Shown piece by piece: positions 44,749 to 53,766 of a DNA stretch of 64,000 nt (positions are counted from its first letter, which is position 1; the number at the start of each line of letters is the position of its first letter). The stretch is from Candidatus Daviesbacteria bacterium (GTDB lineage Bacteria; Patescibacteriota; Microgenomatia; Daviesbacterales; UBA10151). The notes under the pieces are model-generated. The model had not been told where the DNA came from and did no database searches. It saw only the letters and a list, made by a program, of their open reading frames with translations. The stretch is taken from NCBI GenBank assembly GCA_016432425.1, contig CP066688.1, positions 514,619-578,618 of the forward strand. Direction: 5' to 3'. A program made the translations under genes and the position numbers.

Positions 44749-45141
44749 ATGAAAAGACATTTAGCTATTTTTAGCAAGGATGTGGGGGAAAAAATTTTAA
44801 CCGGACAAAAAACTATGGAAAGCAGATTCTCCCAAAGTAAAAATGCTCCTTTCCAGCAAATTTCCACTGGAGATTTAGTTTATATAAAACCTTCTGGTAA
44901 AGAAATAATTGGTGAATTTAGAGTAAATAAAGTGATCTTTTTTGACGGTTTAACCCCACAAGATCTTTTAGACATTGAGAAAAGATATGGGGCCGAACTG
45001 GCAGTTGACCAAACCTATTGGGCTAATAAGGCAGCTAGCCGCTACGGCACCTTAATTTGGGTAGGCCAAACCCAACAGTTTTTAACCTCACCGGTGAAGT
45101 TCCCCAAAAAAGACCAGCGTGGTTGGGTGGTTTTAGATTAA
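44749..45141 (+). CDS. ASCH-domain protein (PUA-like RNA-binding fold).
   Basis: ILTGQKTMESRF (GxKTxExR motif). Confidence 0.55.
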   Translation: MKRHLAIFSKDVGEKILTGQKTMESRFSQSKNAPFQQISTGDLVYIKPSGKEIIGEFRVNKVIFFDGLTPQDLLDIEKRYGAELAVDQTYWANKAASRYGTLIWVGQTQQFLTSPVKFPKKDQRGWVVLD

Positions 45142-45152
45142 GCTTTGGTTAA

Positions 45153-47260
45153 TTAATTGGGATTAATTTGGGCCGAGGGAGTGGAAAAGGTAGAGAAACT
45201 ATCGAAAAAAATGATTTTATCTTGCTCTTTTCTCACTTGGACTAAATTTTTGCCGGGATTTTGGTCAATAACCAAATCACGCCGGCCATCCACCATGGCC
45301 TCTTTAATATTAAACGGACGAAGGAAACGCTTGGGAGACTGGTTATCTACCAACAGATGCATAAGTTTATTCCAGATTGGTGAGGCTCCTGTTACTCCGG
45401 AAGTAAGCTCAGGGTTCATGACAGAGCCATCATTATTGCCTACCCAAACTCCCACCACATAATCCGGGGTGTAGCCAAAAGTCCAGTTATCCTTTTTATT
45501 ATCTGAAGTACCGGTTTTGACCCCGACCTCGTGGCCCGGGATATTTAGCAGGGAACTGGGTCCAAAAGCCGGGGTCCTGGCTGAGTTGTCCGCTAAAATG
45601 TTAGTCACCAGAAAAGCTACTTCCGGTTTAACTGTCTGCTGAGGGTTGTCGGCAAACTGTTCTAAAATATTTCCTTCCCAGTCCAGTACTTTCAAAATTC
45701 CTGTGGGTACTCTCTTGGCACCCATTTGCGAGAGCGTTCCGTAAACAGACATCATGTCAATCATTTTGACTTCTGCTCCTCCCAAAGTGATAGACAGGCC
45801 GTAATTTTGCGGTTGGGTAAAAGTGGTAATACCCAGTTCCCGAGCGGTGTCAATCATTTTATCCATTCCCACGATACCGAGCATTTTTACTGCCGGGATA
45901 TTGTAGGAACTGCCCAAGGCCACCCGGATGGAAACCGGGCCATGGAATTTTCCGTCATAATTAACAGGAGAGTAACGACCCCCGGGAGTTCTAAAAGTTA
46001 CCGGGGTATCTAAGATGGTATTGCCGGGGCTGAATCCTTGATTAAAGGCAGCCAGATAGGTAACTACTTTAATAGAGGAGCCGGGTTGGCGCAGAGCCAG
46101 GGTAGTATTATAGTTGCCAAAATTCGGCCAGTCATAACCCCGGGCCCCCACCATCGCCAAAATCTGGCCGGTTTTAGCATCAGTGATCATGGCTGCCCCA
46201 TTGTGGACATTAAGGGCGGCTAAATTATTAATCTCATCCGAGACAATTTTTTCTGTCTTTAATTGTAAACTTAAATCCAGGGTAGTGTAAATTTTTAAAC
46301 CTCCCTGAGAAACTACCCGGGAGCCATATTTTTGGCTTAAAACATCTTTTATATACATCACAAAATGGCCGGCTTTAATATTATTGGTAGGAGGGATAAT
46401 ATTTAAAGTTTCTTTTTCCGCCTCCTCTTGCTGTTTTTTAGTAATATAGCCTTGAGATTGCATCTCCTTAAGGACCATTTTTTGGCGGTTTAGGCTTAAA
46501 TCTGGGCGAGTGCCATAGGGAGAAAATTGGGTCGGGGAAGCTGGCAGGCCGGCTAAGAAAGCAGCTTCAGCTAAGGTTAAATCTTTGGCAGACTTGCCAA
46601 AATAAGTTTGGGCAGCTGCTTCAATACCCCAGGCCGGTCCGCCATAAGGAGCTTCATTCAAATACATTTGTAAAATTTGCTCTTTAGAATAAATCCGTTC
46701 TGCCCATAAGGCCAAGATAATCTCTTTAGTTTTACGGGAAAAAGTTTTTTCCGGCGTAAGCAGAGTATTTTTAATCAATTGTTGGGTTAAGGTAGAGGCG
46801 CCTTCTAAATTTTCATTGCCCAAGTTATGGATCATCGCCCGCAAAATACCAAGGGGGTCGATACCGGGGTGATGGTAAAAATTTTTATCTTCAATGGCGA
46901 TGGTGGATTGGGCCACAAAGTTAGGCAAGTCTTTTAAGGTTACTAAAGTGCGGTTTTGGCCTTCATAAATCCGATAAAGCAGGATACCATTGCGGTCATA
47001 AAACTCAGTGGTTAAAGGTTTACTGGCAGTAGTCAGGCGGGAAGGGTTGGGCAGGGTGTAGGCTAAACTAAAAGTCAAAGAAGTGTAGGAAAAAAAGATT
47101 AACATTAAAATAGTGAACAAAATGGCTACCCTAACTTTGCGAGGAATCCTTTTATAACGGCTTTTTATCTTCTTAATTAATAATGAAATGGTAAGAGGAT
47201 GGCGGGGACGGCCCCGGCCGCGCTGAGGCTTTGACAAGTTTTGTAATGGCAACAAAATGA
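45153..47260 (-). CDS. Class A penicillin-binding protein (PBP1A: GT51 transglycosylase plus transpeptidase). The ORF is open up to 47612, but the ATG at 47260 (MRSF...) gives a typical short cytoplasmic tail.
   Basis: GT51 motifs (EDKNFYHHPGID, GASTLTQQL). Transpeptidase SxxK (STLK-like) and KTGT motifs. A leaderless-type TACAAATT box sits immediately before the ATG at 47260. Confidence 0.75.
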
Positions 47261-47681
47261 ACGATCGCATAATTTGTATCCAAGCAAATTTAAGTCTTTT
47301 CTTTTTCACTGTCACTTTGGCTGGTTTTTTCTTGAAGTGAGGTTTAGTTTTTTGGGCAGGTAAGTTAATAGAGGGAAGTTTATTTGGCAGGGTAGCTATT
47401 TGTTTGACAGTCCAGGTGAGGGTAGTTGCTAGTGATTCCAGAAACAAGATTGAGAGCTTGCCAATAGTAATGAGCGCTACTTCAATAAGGAGCAGAGTAA
47501 TTTTTGTGACCTTAGCTATATTCAAATGAGTTGCCTGTTTTGACCGACGTACCATATCCCAGAGTAGAGTAACTTTCAAGGGCATTCTAATAAATTTAAG
47601 GAACAGCGACAAGATGGCAATTATATTTGACCTGGGGAAGAATTTGACAAATTAAGTCCCATAGTATATAATTTATCTAAT

Positions 47682-48242
47682 ATGTTTTTTATTGAAGAAG
47701 AACTTCGTCGTGTAGGAAGTTTTGGTTCCGAGGGAAGGAGACTTCCTCCTACAAGCTGGGCTATAAGAGCGGCATTGCTTTTAGGCGGCACCGGGCTTTT
47801 GATGTTTGGTTTAGCTGATGTGTGTAACTCCAAACTAGAGGATCATATTAATTCTTGGCAGACAGGTATGGCTCAAAGATTAGCCAATGACCCCGAACAT
47901 AATTTATTAGCAGGAGAGAAATTTTATGATAGGGTTAGGGTAATTTTCCCTACCCTGGGTGCAAATGAAACTCCTTTTAAAAAAAGAATCAATGTTAGAG
48001 TTTTGCCTAGTACACACTTTGGAGTGCCATTACCTCTAATTGAAGGTGATAATTTTACCATCTGGGATACCCCTGTTGTGGGAACTGTAGATGAGGGATC
48101 AGTTGTAAATATGGTAGTAATGGGTAAAGGATGGGGTGTGGCATATTGTACAGACTTCCAGGGGTTGGTGCCAACAAATTCAGGAAAACCCTCTCCTGAG
48201 GTTTGTGCGATTAATGACGAGTATATAATGGCTGTTAAGTAA
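47682..48242 (+). CDS. Hypothetical protein (186 aa), one N-terminal TM.
   Basis: Clean ORF, no recognisable domain. Confidence 0.45.
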   Translation: MFFIEEELRRVGSFGSEGRRLPPTSWAIRAALLLGGTGLLMFGLADVCNSKLEDHINSWQTGMAQRLANDPEHNLLAGEKFYDRVRVIFPTLGANETPFKKRINVRVLPSTHFGVPLPLIEGDNFTIWDTPVVGTVDEGSVVNMVVMGKGWGVAYCTDFQGLVPTNSGKPSPEVCAINDEYIMAVK

Positions 48243-49307
48243 TTAAATCTTACTCCTAAAAAGAGCCTTGGCTTTTTCCAAATATTCCGGATGGCCTGCT
48301 TTAGCCATAAAATACCACCATTCCACTCCCCACAGGTAGGCGCTGTCAAAGCCGGTTTTCTCCGCAAATTCAATATTATCCTGCAAATCTTTAAGATTAA
48401 AAATTTTCGTTTGTTCCTCAATGGGGGTTTGAGTGACTCCTTTAAATAACCAGGGTTCAGCCTGGAGTTCGACAATAATGGTTTTTTTGTTTTGGGGAGC
48501 AAATAAATTTCTGACTAAAGCTGACTTGAGGGAATAAAAGATGGGCGGAAAGGGATAGGTAAAATCAAAATTAAAAGGGGTTTTAACTCTTCGATATAAG
48601 GTGGTGCCGAAAATATCAGATAATTTCATCGCTGTCACCCATGGCCTTAGTTCCCCGGAATCAGACAAAATAATGGGTTTTTGGCTGTAAGAGCGGACTA
48701 AGTCAACTTCTTTTTTAATAAATTCCCGGGAATCTAACTGACAGTTGCCAAAAGGTAACAGCGGTTCGTTTTCAATTTGAAAGGCGGCAATATTAGTAAA
48801 ACTCCGGTAATGCTTGACCGCCTCTTCTAACATGATGAGCTGGCGGCTTTGTCTTAAAGAGTTATTTTGGCTGTCCAGCCAGCCAGGGTAGTAACATTCC
48901 GGCCAGCGGGGAATTTTGTGGCCCAATACTAAGATAACTTGGGCCTGGTATTTGGCAGCTTGATTAATATAATAATCCAAATCTTCAAAATAAAATGGTT
49001 TCCCCTGAGCGCCTGCGGTGAGCGAACCTGTACTGAGTGTAACCGAAGTAGTCGAACTGGAGTCGAAGGGTTCAATTTCATCCCAATAAGCACTTAAACG
49101 GATATTTTTTACTTTGAAATTAGCTAAGATATCCTCAAAAGTGGCTGGGGGATCAAGATTTAGTTCTTTGGCATAGCGGGGGGAGAAAGATAGCCCCCAG
49201 GTAAGATCTTTTTTGACAGGAATGAAAACAGAGTAGGCAGTGCCCAGTAAATATAAACCCACCAGTAATAAGATTAAAGTCAAACTTAAGTTTAAAAGTA
49301 ATTTCAT
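48243..49307 (-). CDS. Secreted glycoside hydrolase, GH5/GH113-like (TIM barrel).
   Basis: NIRLSAYWDEIEP and catalytic-acid-like ENEP motifs. Signal peptide. Contains repeat-family copy C in frame. Confidence 0.65.
   Translation of the reverse strand: MKLLLNLSLTLILLLVGLYLLGTAYSVFIPVKKDLTWGLSFSPRYAKELNLDPPATFEDILANFKVKNIRLSAYWDEIEPFDSSSTTSVTLSTGSLTAGAQGKPFYFEDLDYYINQAAKYQAQVILVLGHKIPRWPECYYPGWLDSQNNSLRQSRQLIMLEEAVKHYRSFTNIAAFQIENEPLLPFGNCQLDSREFIKKEVDLVRSYSQKPIILSDSGELRPWVTAMKLSDIFGTTLYRRVKTPFNFDFTYPFPPIFYSLKSALVRNLFAPQNKKTIIVELQAEPWLFKGVTQTPIEEQTKIFNLKDLQDNIEFAEKTGFDSAYLWGVEWWYFMAKAGHPEYLEKAKALFRSKI
49003..49072. repeat. Interspersed-repeat family copy C (diverged), in-frame inside the GH5-like gene. 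It encodes the low-complexity peptide DSSSTTSVTLSTGSLTAGAQ.
   Basis: cctgagcgcctgcggtgagcgaacctgtactgagtgtaaccgaagtagtcgaactggagtcgaagggtt shares long words with copies A, B and D. Confidence 0.45.
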
Positions 49308-49314
49308 AACGTAG

Positions 49315-49332
49315 TTAGAAGGTTCCCTTCAT
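49315..49332 (-). promoter_or_regulatory. MKGTF mini-ORF (ATG AAG GGA ACC TTC TAA), 7 nt upstream of the GH5 ATG. Its ATG overlaps the TGA stop of the upstream DMT transporter gene (ATGA).
   Basis: Reverse complement of 49311..49332 is atgaagggaaccttctaactac. Confidence 0.45.
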
Positions 49333-50237
49333 TTGACAATTAAATACAATCCCGCACTTAAAATAATGACCCCTAACATTTTTTGTAAAATAACTCCTTT
49401 GGTGAGTCTTTCATCCAATAGAGTGGGGTGTTTTTGGTACAAAATTAGGGCTGCCACCATAATGACTAAATACTGAACTCCAAACAGGGAATTAACCAAG
49501 GCGGGGTTAGTCAGTGAGGTGGCAAAGGATAAAAGGAGTCCTTGCAGTGCCCCCATACTTTGGCCAAGGATCAACCAAAAAACCGTCAGTTTAGTTAAAT
49601 GATATTGATGTTGAGTAAATGTTTTACTCAACTCTCTTCTGACTTGAGGAAGTATCAGCCAGCTAAGAGCAAAAAAAGCTGAGCCTAAATTTTTATTGAC
49701 CAAAGTAGTCACAAAATTAACTTGTAAAAAAGATTGACGCAGCAGCACATAGGATATGCCAAAGAAAAGTCCTGCCCCCATCATCCAGATAATATTGGGG
49801 GTAAAAATATACCTGGTCCGTTGTCTTTGCAGGCTGACCACTAAAGCTCCTAAAACCAAAATGCCGACTGCGGCAGTTTGGGTAAGGGTGAGATTTTGCC
49901 CAATAAGTGTGCCTATTAGGAGGGCAAACAAAGGATTTAGGCCTCCGACCACGGGACCTACAATAGAGGCTTCATTTTTGGACAAACTGACAAAAAAGGC
50001 CAGCAGGCCGATAGTAAAGGTAACTCCCGAAGTTACTGCCAGCATTAGGGTATTATCAATGGTGGGGAGATAACCAAAAGGGATAAACACCACAATCAAA
50101 AATGACAAAATACTAATGGTAAAAGCATAGGCTAGGGGCTGCGGAATAGCTTTTTTTAAAAGGATTTTATCAATTAAAATTGACCCGGCATTAAAAGCAT
50201 AAGCTAAAATTGAGATGGGTAGAAAGGAGATCATCAA
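49329..50237 (-). CDS. DMT-superfamily (EamA-like) transporter, 10 TMS.
   Basis: 302 aa with two 5-TMS halves. ATGA overlap with the upstream GH1 gene. Confidence 0.6.
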   Translation of the reverse strand: MMISFLPISILAYAFNAGSILIDKILLKKAIPQPLAYAFTISILSFLIVVFIPFGYLPTIDNTLMLAVTSGVTFTIGLLAFFVSLSKNEASIVGPVVGGLNPLFALLIGTLIGQNLTLTQTAAVGILVLGALVVSLQRQRTRYIFTPNIIWMMGAGLFFGISYVLLRQSFLQVNFVTTLVNKNLGSAFFALSWLILPQVRRELSKTFTQHQYHLTKLTVFWLILGQSMGALQGLLLSFATSLTNPALVNSLFGVQYLVIMVAALILYQKHPTLLDERLTKGVILQKMLGVIILSAGLYLIVK

Positions 50238-51541
50238 TGGTCCTTTTTCATAATATCTTTGAGCTCCGCTTCTACATCAATGCCGTGGCCCAGTAATTTT
50301 AATAATTTATGCTCAATCCCGTTATGTTTAATAATTTCCGCATACACTTTTGAAGAGGGTCGGGGAGTCCTTTTTTGGGTGGCAAAATCTACTTCCACCA
50401 GTCCAAACCGGGGTACGAAGCCGTCCGCCCATTCAAAATTATCAATCAAGCTCCAATGGAAATAACCCCTCACATCAGCCCCAGTTTGAATGGCATGGTA
50501 AATTTCTTTTAAATAAGAAATCAAAAAACGGACCCGCCGGTCATCATTGGTGGAAGCCAGGCCGTTTTCTGTAATATAAATGGGTTTGTGGTAATCAGAA
50601 AAGTCCATTAGCACATCAAAAATTCCTTCCGGATAAACTTCCCAACCCAAATCAGAAGTGTCTTTTTTGGTAGTGGCAATATCCACAAAAGAAGGAAAAC
50701 GGGAGTGAGTGTTAAAGCTCAAATATTGATTAAAATAATAATTTAACCCCAAGAAATCGTGAGTCTGTATGCCTGTCATCTGATAAAACAGGTGGTTGTT
50801 GATAATATCCAAAGCCCAGACGCCGATTTCTTCCCGCAATGAATGGTGATGGAAAGCATCAAAAGAGGAAACATTGTTGGCAATACCTACTTTAGCATTG
50901 GGAACAAGTTGGTGAATTGCCTTGTAGGCTTTTTTGTGGGCCCTGGCTAAATTCCAATAAACCCTGATTCCGGTGGGGAAACTCTTTTTTTGAGGAGGCC
51001 AAACCCCAATTAAGTAGCCCTGGAACATTAATACCCCTGGTTCATTAATAGTGATCCATAAATCTACATAGTCTTTTAATTCCGGTACTACCTTTTTGAC
51101 AAAGCGCTCGAATCTTTTTGGTGCCCCAAAACTTTCCCAGCCGCCTTTTTTGGCAAACCAGGCCGGGTTGGTAAAATGATGCAGAGTGAGCATGACTGTA
51201 AAACCCTGATCTTTTAAGGATTTAAGAACTTGTTTGTAGTGATCAATTTCGTTTTGGTTAAATTGGTCTTCCTCTGGTTCAATCCTGGCCCACTCCAGAG
51301 AGAGCCGGTGAGCATTATGGTTTAAGTCCTTAGCTAAAGCAAAATCTTCTGCATAACGATTATATTGGTCACAGGCTTGCCCTGAGCGTAAGTCGAAGGG
51401 TTGGTGATTTACTTCCCACTGCCACCAGTCACTGTACATGTTATTCCCTTCCACTTGGTAGCTGGAGGTAGCTGCTCCCCACAGAAAGCCTTGGGGAAAT
51501 TCTAATTGGGCATGGTCGTGTTTAGGCTCCGGAGTATCCAT
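50234..51541 (-). CDS. GH1 beta-glucosidase/beta-galactosidase.
   Basis: Catalytic motifs TINEPG (acid/base) and ITENGLA (nucleophile), plus NAHRLSLEWARIEP N-terminal signature. Confidence 0.85.
   Translation of the reverse strand: MDTPEPKHDHAQLEFPQGFLWGAATSSYQVEGNNMYSDWWQWEVNHQPFDLRSGQACDQYNRYAEDFALAKDLNHNAHRLSLEWARIEPEEDQFNQNEIDHYKQVLKSLKDQGFTVMLTLHHFTNPAWFAKKGGWESFGAPKRFERFVKKVVPELKDYVDLWITINEPGVLMFQGYLIGVWPPQKKSFPTGIRVYWNLARAHKKAYKAIHQLVPNAKVGIANNVSSFDAFHHHSLREEIGVWALDIINNHLFYQMTGIQTHDFLGLNYYFNQYLSFNTHSRFPSFVDIATTKKDTSDLGWEVYPEGIFDVLMDFSDYHKPIYITENGLASTNDDRRVRFLISYLKEIYHAIQTGADVRGYFHWSLIDNFEWADGFVPRFGLVEVDFATQKRTPRPSSKVYAEIIKHNGIEHKLLKLLGHGIDVEAELKDIMKKDH
51380..51402. repeat. 23-nt repeat-family fragment copy F (ccctgagcgtaagtcgaagggtt) inside the GH1 gene.
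   Basis: 21/23 identical to 41915..41937. Confidence 0.4.
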
Positions 51542-51600
51542 ATCTTCATATTAGGCTAGATTTTGTGCGCTGTAAAGCTTAGAGGTGTTATGATTAAATT

Positions 51601-51618
51601 ATGAAGGGAACCTTCTAG
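51601..51618 (+). promoter_or_regulatory. MKGTF mini-ORF (ATG AAG GGA ACC TTC TAG) with hairpin GAAGG-gaa-CCTTC, 7 nt upstream of the 51626 gene ATG.
   Basis: Direct reading. Third occurrence of the unit. Confidence 0.45.
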
Positions 51619-51625
51619 TTTCATT

Positions 51626-52327
51626 ATGAGAAAATTTCTGCCTGTGGGGATTGCCCTGCTGGCTGCTTTAATTTTAGCCGCTTTGACTTTTCGTTTTTTT
51701 CTGGCCCCCAATCAAGAGGAAAATAGTGCCCTTCCACCTGAGAGTAGCCAAACTCCTGCTGTAGAGGAACTGACTCAGCCAGTACCCACATCTACCCCCA
51801 TCTCTGAGATTTCTAACCAAGTAGCTACTCTGTCAGATAAAGTGAACAAAATTGACTCCACGGTTAATGATCTAAAAAGCCGGGTAGTGGTATTGGAATC
51901 AAAGCAAAATACTACCCCAGCTCAAACCAGTACTACCACTACCAACACTCCTACCTCTACCAGTAAAGCCCCGGTGTATATTCCTTTGGCTGCCAGTGGC
52001 AGCAGCTCAGCGGGTGACTGGGCTAATATTTCCGGGACAGTAGCCACTATTGATACTGCTGATTACCCCGGTTATACCAGCATGCAATTTGAGGCGAATA
52101 TTCAAATTTTCCAGCAAGGGACAGCTTTTGCCAGGATGGGTAATAAAACTGATGGGACAGCAGTTTTGAGCTCGGAAATTTACACTACCTCTACCAGTTA
52201 TACTTATATTACTTCCTCTAAATTTACTTTGCCTGCAGGAAAGAAAGATTATCAGCTGCAGTTAAAATCCCTGGTTGCTAACTATGCCGCCTCCATCCAA
52301 AATGCCAGGGTTAAAGTTAATTTCTAG
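51626..52327 (+). CDS. Hypothetical membrane-anchored/secreted protein (233 aa) with a coiled-coil and a Thr-rich linker.
   Basis: N-terminal TM. Clean ORF. Confidence 0.5.
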   Translation: MRKFLPVGIALLAALILAALTFRFFLAPNQEENSALPPESSQTPAVEELTQPVPTSTPISEISNQVATLSDKVNKIDSTVNDLKSRVVVLESKQNTTPAQTSTTTTNTPTSTSKAPVYIPLAASGSSSAGDWANISGTVATIDTADYPGYTSMQFEANIQIFQQGTAFARMGNKTDGTAVLSSEIYTTSTSYTYITSSKFTLPAGKKDYQLQLKSLVANYAASIQNARVKVNF

Positions 52328-52568
52328 AAGGGGGATTTATATTAATTATTCTAAGGAAAGTGTCAGGATTTTTACCTGCTTCTCTGATTAGTTCCCTAAA
52401 ACATGCCAGGTGGTAAAAAAAGCCAGGAGTAGATGGGCTTTGTAAGGCTTCTTCGCCAGCCTTAATTAACTTATTTGAACATCCTTCCTTCACGCATTGG
52501 GTATCCCAGGGTAGAGAAACCACAATTGTTTCTATAAATCTAGGCTGATCTTCTGCTCTCTCTGGCAT
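52317..52568 (-). CDS. Possible small Cys-containing protein (83 aa) downstream of tRNA-Trp. The longer ORF-track version overlaps the tRNA and is rejected.
   Basis: ORF from the internal Met (MPERAED...) with CVKEGCS ... HLAC. Weak support. Confidence 0.25.
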   Translation of the reverse strand: MPERAEDQPRFIETIVVSLPWDTQCVKEGCSNKLIKAGEEALQSPSTPGFFYHLACFRELIREAGKNPDTFLRIININPPSRN

Positions 52569-52576
52569 ATTAACTG

Positions 52577-52649
52577 CAGGGGCGGGAGGGGTCGAACCTC
52601 CGACCGCTCGTTTTGGAGACGAGTGCTCTACCAACTGAGCTACACCCCT
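52577..52649 (-). tRNA. tRNA-Trp (anticodon CCA).
   Basis: Acceptor AGGGGTG/CGCCCCT, D-arm GCTC-AGTTGGTA-GAGC, anticodon stem CTCGT/ACGAG with loop CTCCAAA, T-arm GGAGG-TTCGACC-CCTCC. Confidence 0.75.
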
Positions 52650-52691
52650 AAGTTTCCTAATTGTACCCAAAACTTGTCAGTAACACAATGA

Positions 52692-52727
52692 TAGACAAAT
52701 ATATAACGGCCGTGGTATAAATGTCTT
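52692..52727 (+). promoter_or_regulatory. Promoter of PaaX-like gene 2. TAGACA - 18 nt - TATAAAT with the family-2 palindrome GACAAATATATAACGG|CCGTGGTATAAATGTC spanning -35 to -10.
   Basis: Direct reading. Confidence 0.5.
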
Positions 52728-52745
52728 AAGATAGCAAAAAAATGT

Positions 52746-53264
52746 ATGGGTAAATTACCTGATAGTAAGAAGAAAAAAGTTACAAACTTTATCCTGTTGG
52801 CACTTGAGAAATCTATTGATGGGTATGTTAGATATGACGACCTAATTCATAAACCAAAATATTATGCCTGGGGAAGTAGTTGGGATTATCCATTAAAGAA
52901 AGTTTCTTTGGCAAAAGCACTGCAAAGGCTGCGAAAAGGAGGTTTCATTGAATTGATTGATGATAAGGAGTTAATGCTTAGGTTAACAGATAAGGGTAAA
53001 GAAAAAGCTATTTTGGCGCAGCTACAGTATTCTGAGAAAAAATGGGATGGTAAATATAGAATAGTGATTTTTGATATTCCGGAAAAAAGACGGGCAGCCA
53101 GGGATTTATTGAGACATAATCTTAAAAGTTGGGGATTTACTCCTTGGCAGCAAAGTGTTTGGGTGACAAAGAAAAATTGTACAAAACTTTTAAGGAAATA
53201 TATTGAGAATATTGGAATTGAGGATTGGGTATTGGTAATAGAGTCAGATAATATCGGCCGCTAG
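52746..53264 (+). CDS. PaaX-like winged-helix transcriptional regulator, paralog 2 (172 aa).
   Basis: WDGKYRIVIFDIPEKRR...LRHNLKSWGF..WQQSVW. Same length and architecture as 21813..22331. Confidence 0.55.
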   Translation: MGKLPDSKKKKVTNFILLALEKSIDGYVRYDDLIHKPKYYAWGSSWDYPLKKVSLAKALQRLRKGGFIELIDDKELMLRLTDKGKEKAILAQLQYSEKKWDGKYRIVIFDIPEKRRAARDLLRHNLKSWGFTPWQQSVWVTKKNCTKLLRKYIENIGIEDWVLVIESDNIGR

Positions 53265-53297
53265 ACAAATGTTGTACGGCCGTGTAATATTTGTCTC
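53262..53297. promoter_or_regulatory. Second family-2 palindrome (TAGACAAATgttgtACGG|CCGTgtaATATTTGTCTC). It overlaps the stop codon of PaaX-like gene 2 and has promoter-like TAGACA-17-TAATAT spacing.
   Basis: Direct alignment with 52692..52727 and 39107..39138. Confidence 0.45.
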
Positions 53298-53356
53298 AAA
53301 GAAATTGTTTTGCAACAAGCTAATCAGGGAAAAACTACCCTGCCAGTTTCATTGGG

Positions 53357-53428
53357 AGCCGAAGACGGGAATCGGACCCGTGACCTCGTTCTTACCAAGA
53401 ACGCGCTCTACCACTGAGCCACTTCGGC
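53357..53428 (-). tRNA. tRNA-Thr (anticodon GGU).
   Basis: Acceptor GCCGAAG/CTTCGGC, D-arm GCTC-AGTGGTA-GAGC, anticodon stem CGTTC/GAACG with loop TTGGTAA, T-arm ACGGG-TCCGATT-CCCGT. Confidence 0.75.
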
Positions 53429-53434
53429 ACTTTG

Positions 53435-53505
53435 AGCCTCCTGACAGAATCGAACTGTCGTCGACGGTTTACAAAACCGCTGCTTTGCCACTAAGCTAAG
53501 GAGGC
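53435..53505 (-). tRNA. tRNA-Thr (anticodon UGU).
   Basis: Acceptor GCCTCCT/AGGAGGC, D-arm GCTT-AGTGGCA-AAGC, anticodon stem GCGGT/ACCGT with loop TTTGTAA, T-arm GACAG-TTCGATT-CTGTC. Confidence 0.75.
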
Positions 53506-53534
53506 AATTGATAAATTAGATTATATCAGCTTAA

Positions 53535-53564
53535 TTGACATAAGCAAAACTGATTAGATATAAT
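53535..53564 (+). promoter_or_regulatory. Sigma-70-type promoter for rpmG: TTGACA - 18 nt - TATAAT. ATG is 7 nt downstream (leaderless or near-leaderless).
   Basis: Direct reading. Confidence 0.5.
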
Positions 53565-53571
53565 CAATGCC

Positions 53572-53745
53572 ATGGCTAAAAAAGGTAATCGACAATTAAT
53601 AGGACTAATTTGCTCTGTTTGCAAAAACAGAAACTATACCAGTTCTAAAAATGTCATTAATATTAAAGACAAAATTACTTTGCAGAAATTTTGTACTCAT
53701 TGTAAAAAATACAACCAACACACTGAGATTTCTAAACTACACTAA
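53572..53745 (+). CDS. rpmG: Ribosomal protein bL33 (zinc-ribbon type). 57 aa, below the ORF-track size cutoff.
   Basis: MAKKGNRQLIGLICSVCKNRNYTSSKNVINIKDKITLQKFCTHCKKYNQHTEISKLH, with CxxC...CxxC and the L33 consensus (RNY.T.KN...KFC..C..H.E.K). Confidence 0.75.
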   Translation: MAKKGNRQLIGLICSVCKNRNYTSSKNVINIKDKITLQKFCTHCKKYNQHTEISKLH

Positions 53746-53766
53746 AATTTTTGTTATACTGTAGGG

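Noticed and set aside
45153-47612. Full 819-aa version of the PBP1A ORF.
   Set aside because: The first 117 codons have no PBP-like features and would give an unusually long cytoplasmic tail. A Met with a leaderless-type -10 box at 47260 yields a canonical 702-aa PBP1A, so the shorter model is preferred, though the long form cannot be excluded.
52317-52670. 117-aa minus-strand ORF as given in the ORF track.
   Set aside because: Its first 34 codons are the tRNA-Trp gene. Only the part from the internal Met (52568) is retained, as a low-confidence small CDS.
53269-53499. 76-aa + strand ORF.
   Set aside because: Entirely overlaps the two tandem tRNA-Thr genes on the opposite strand. Spurious.
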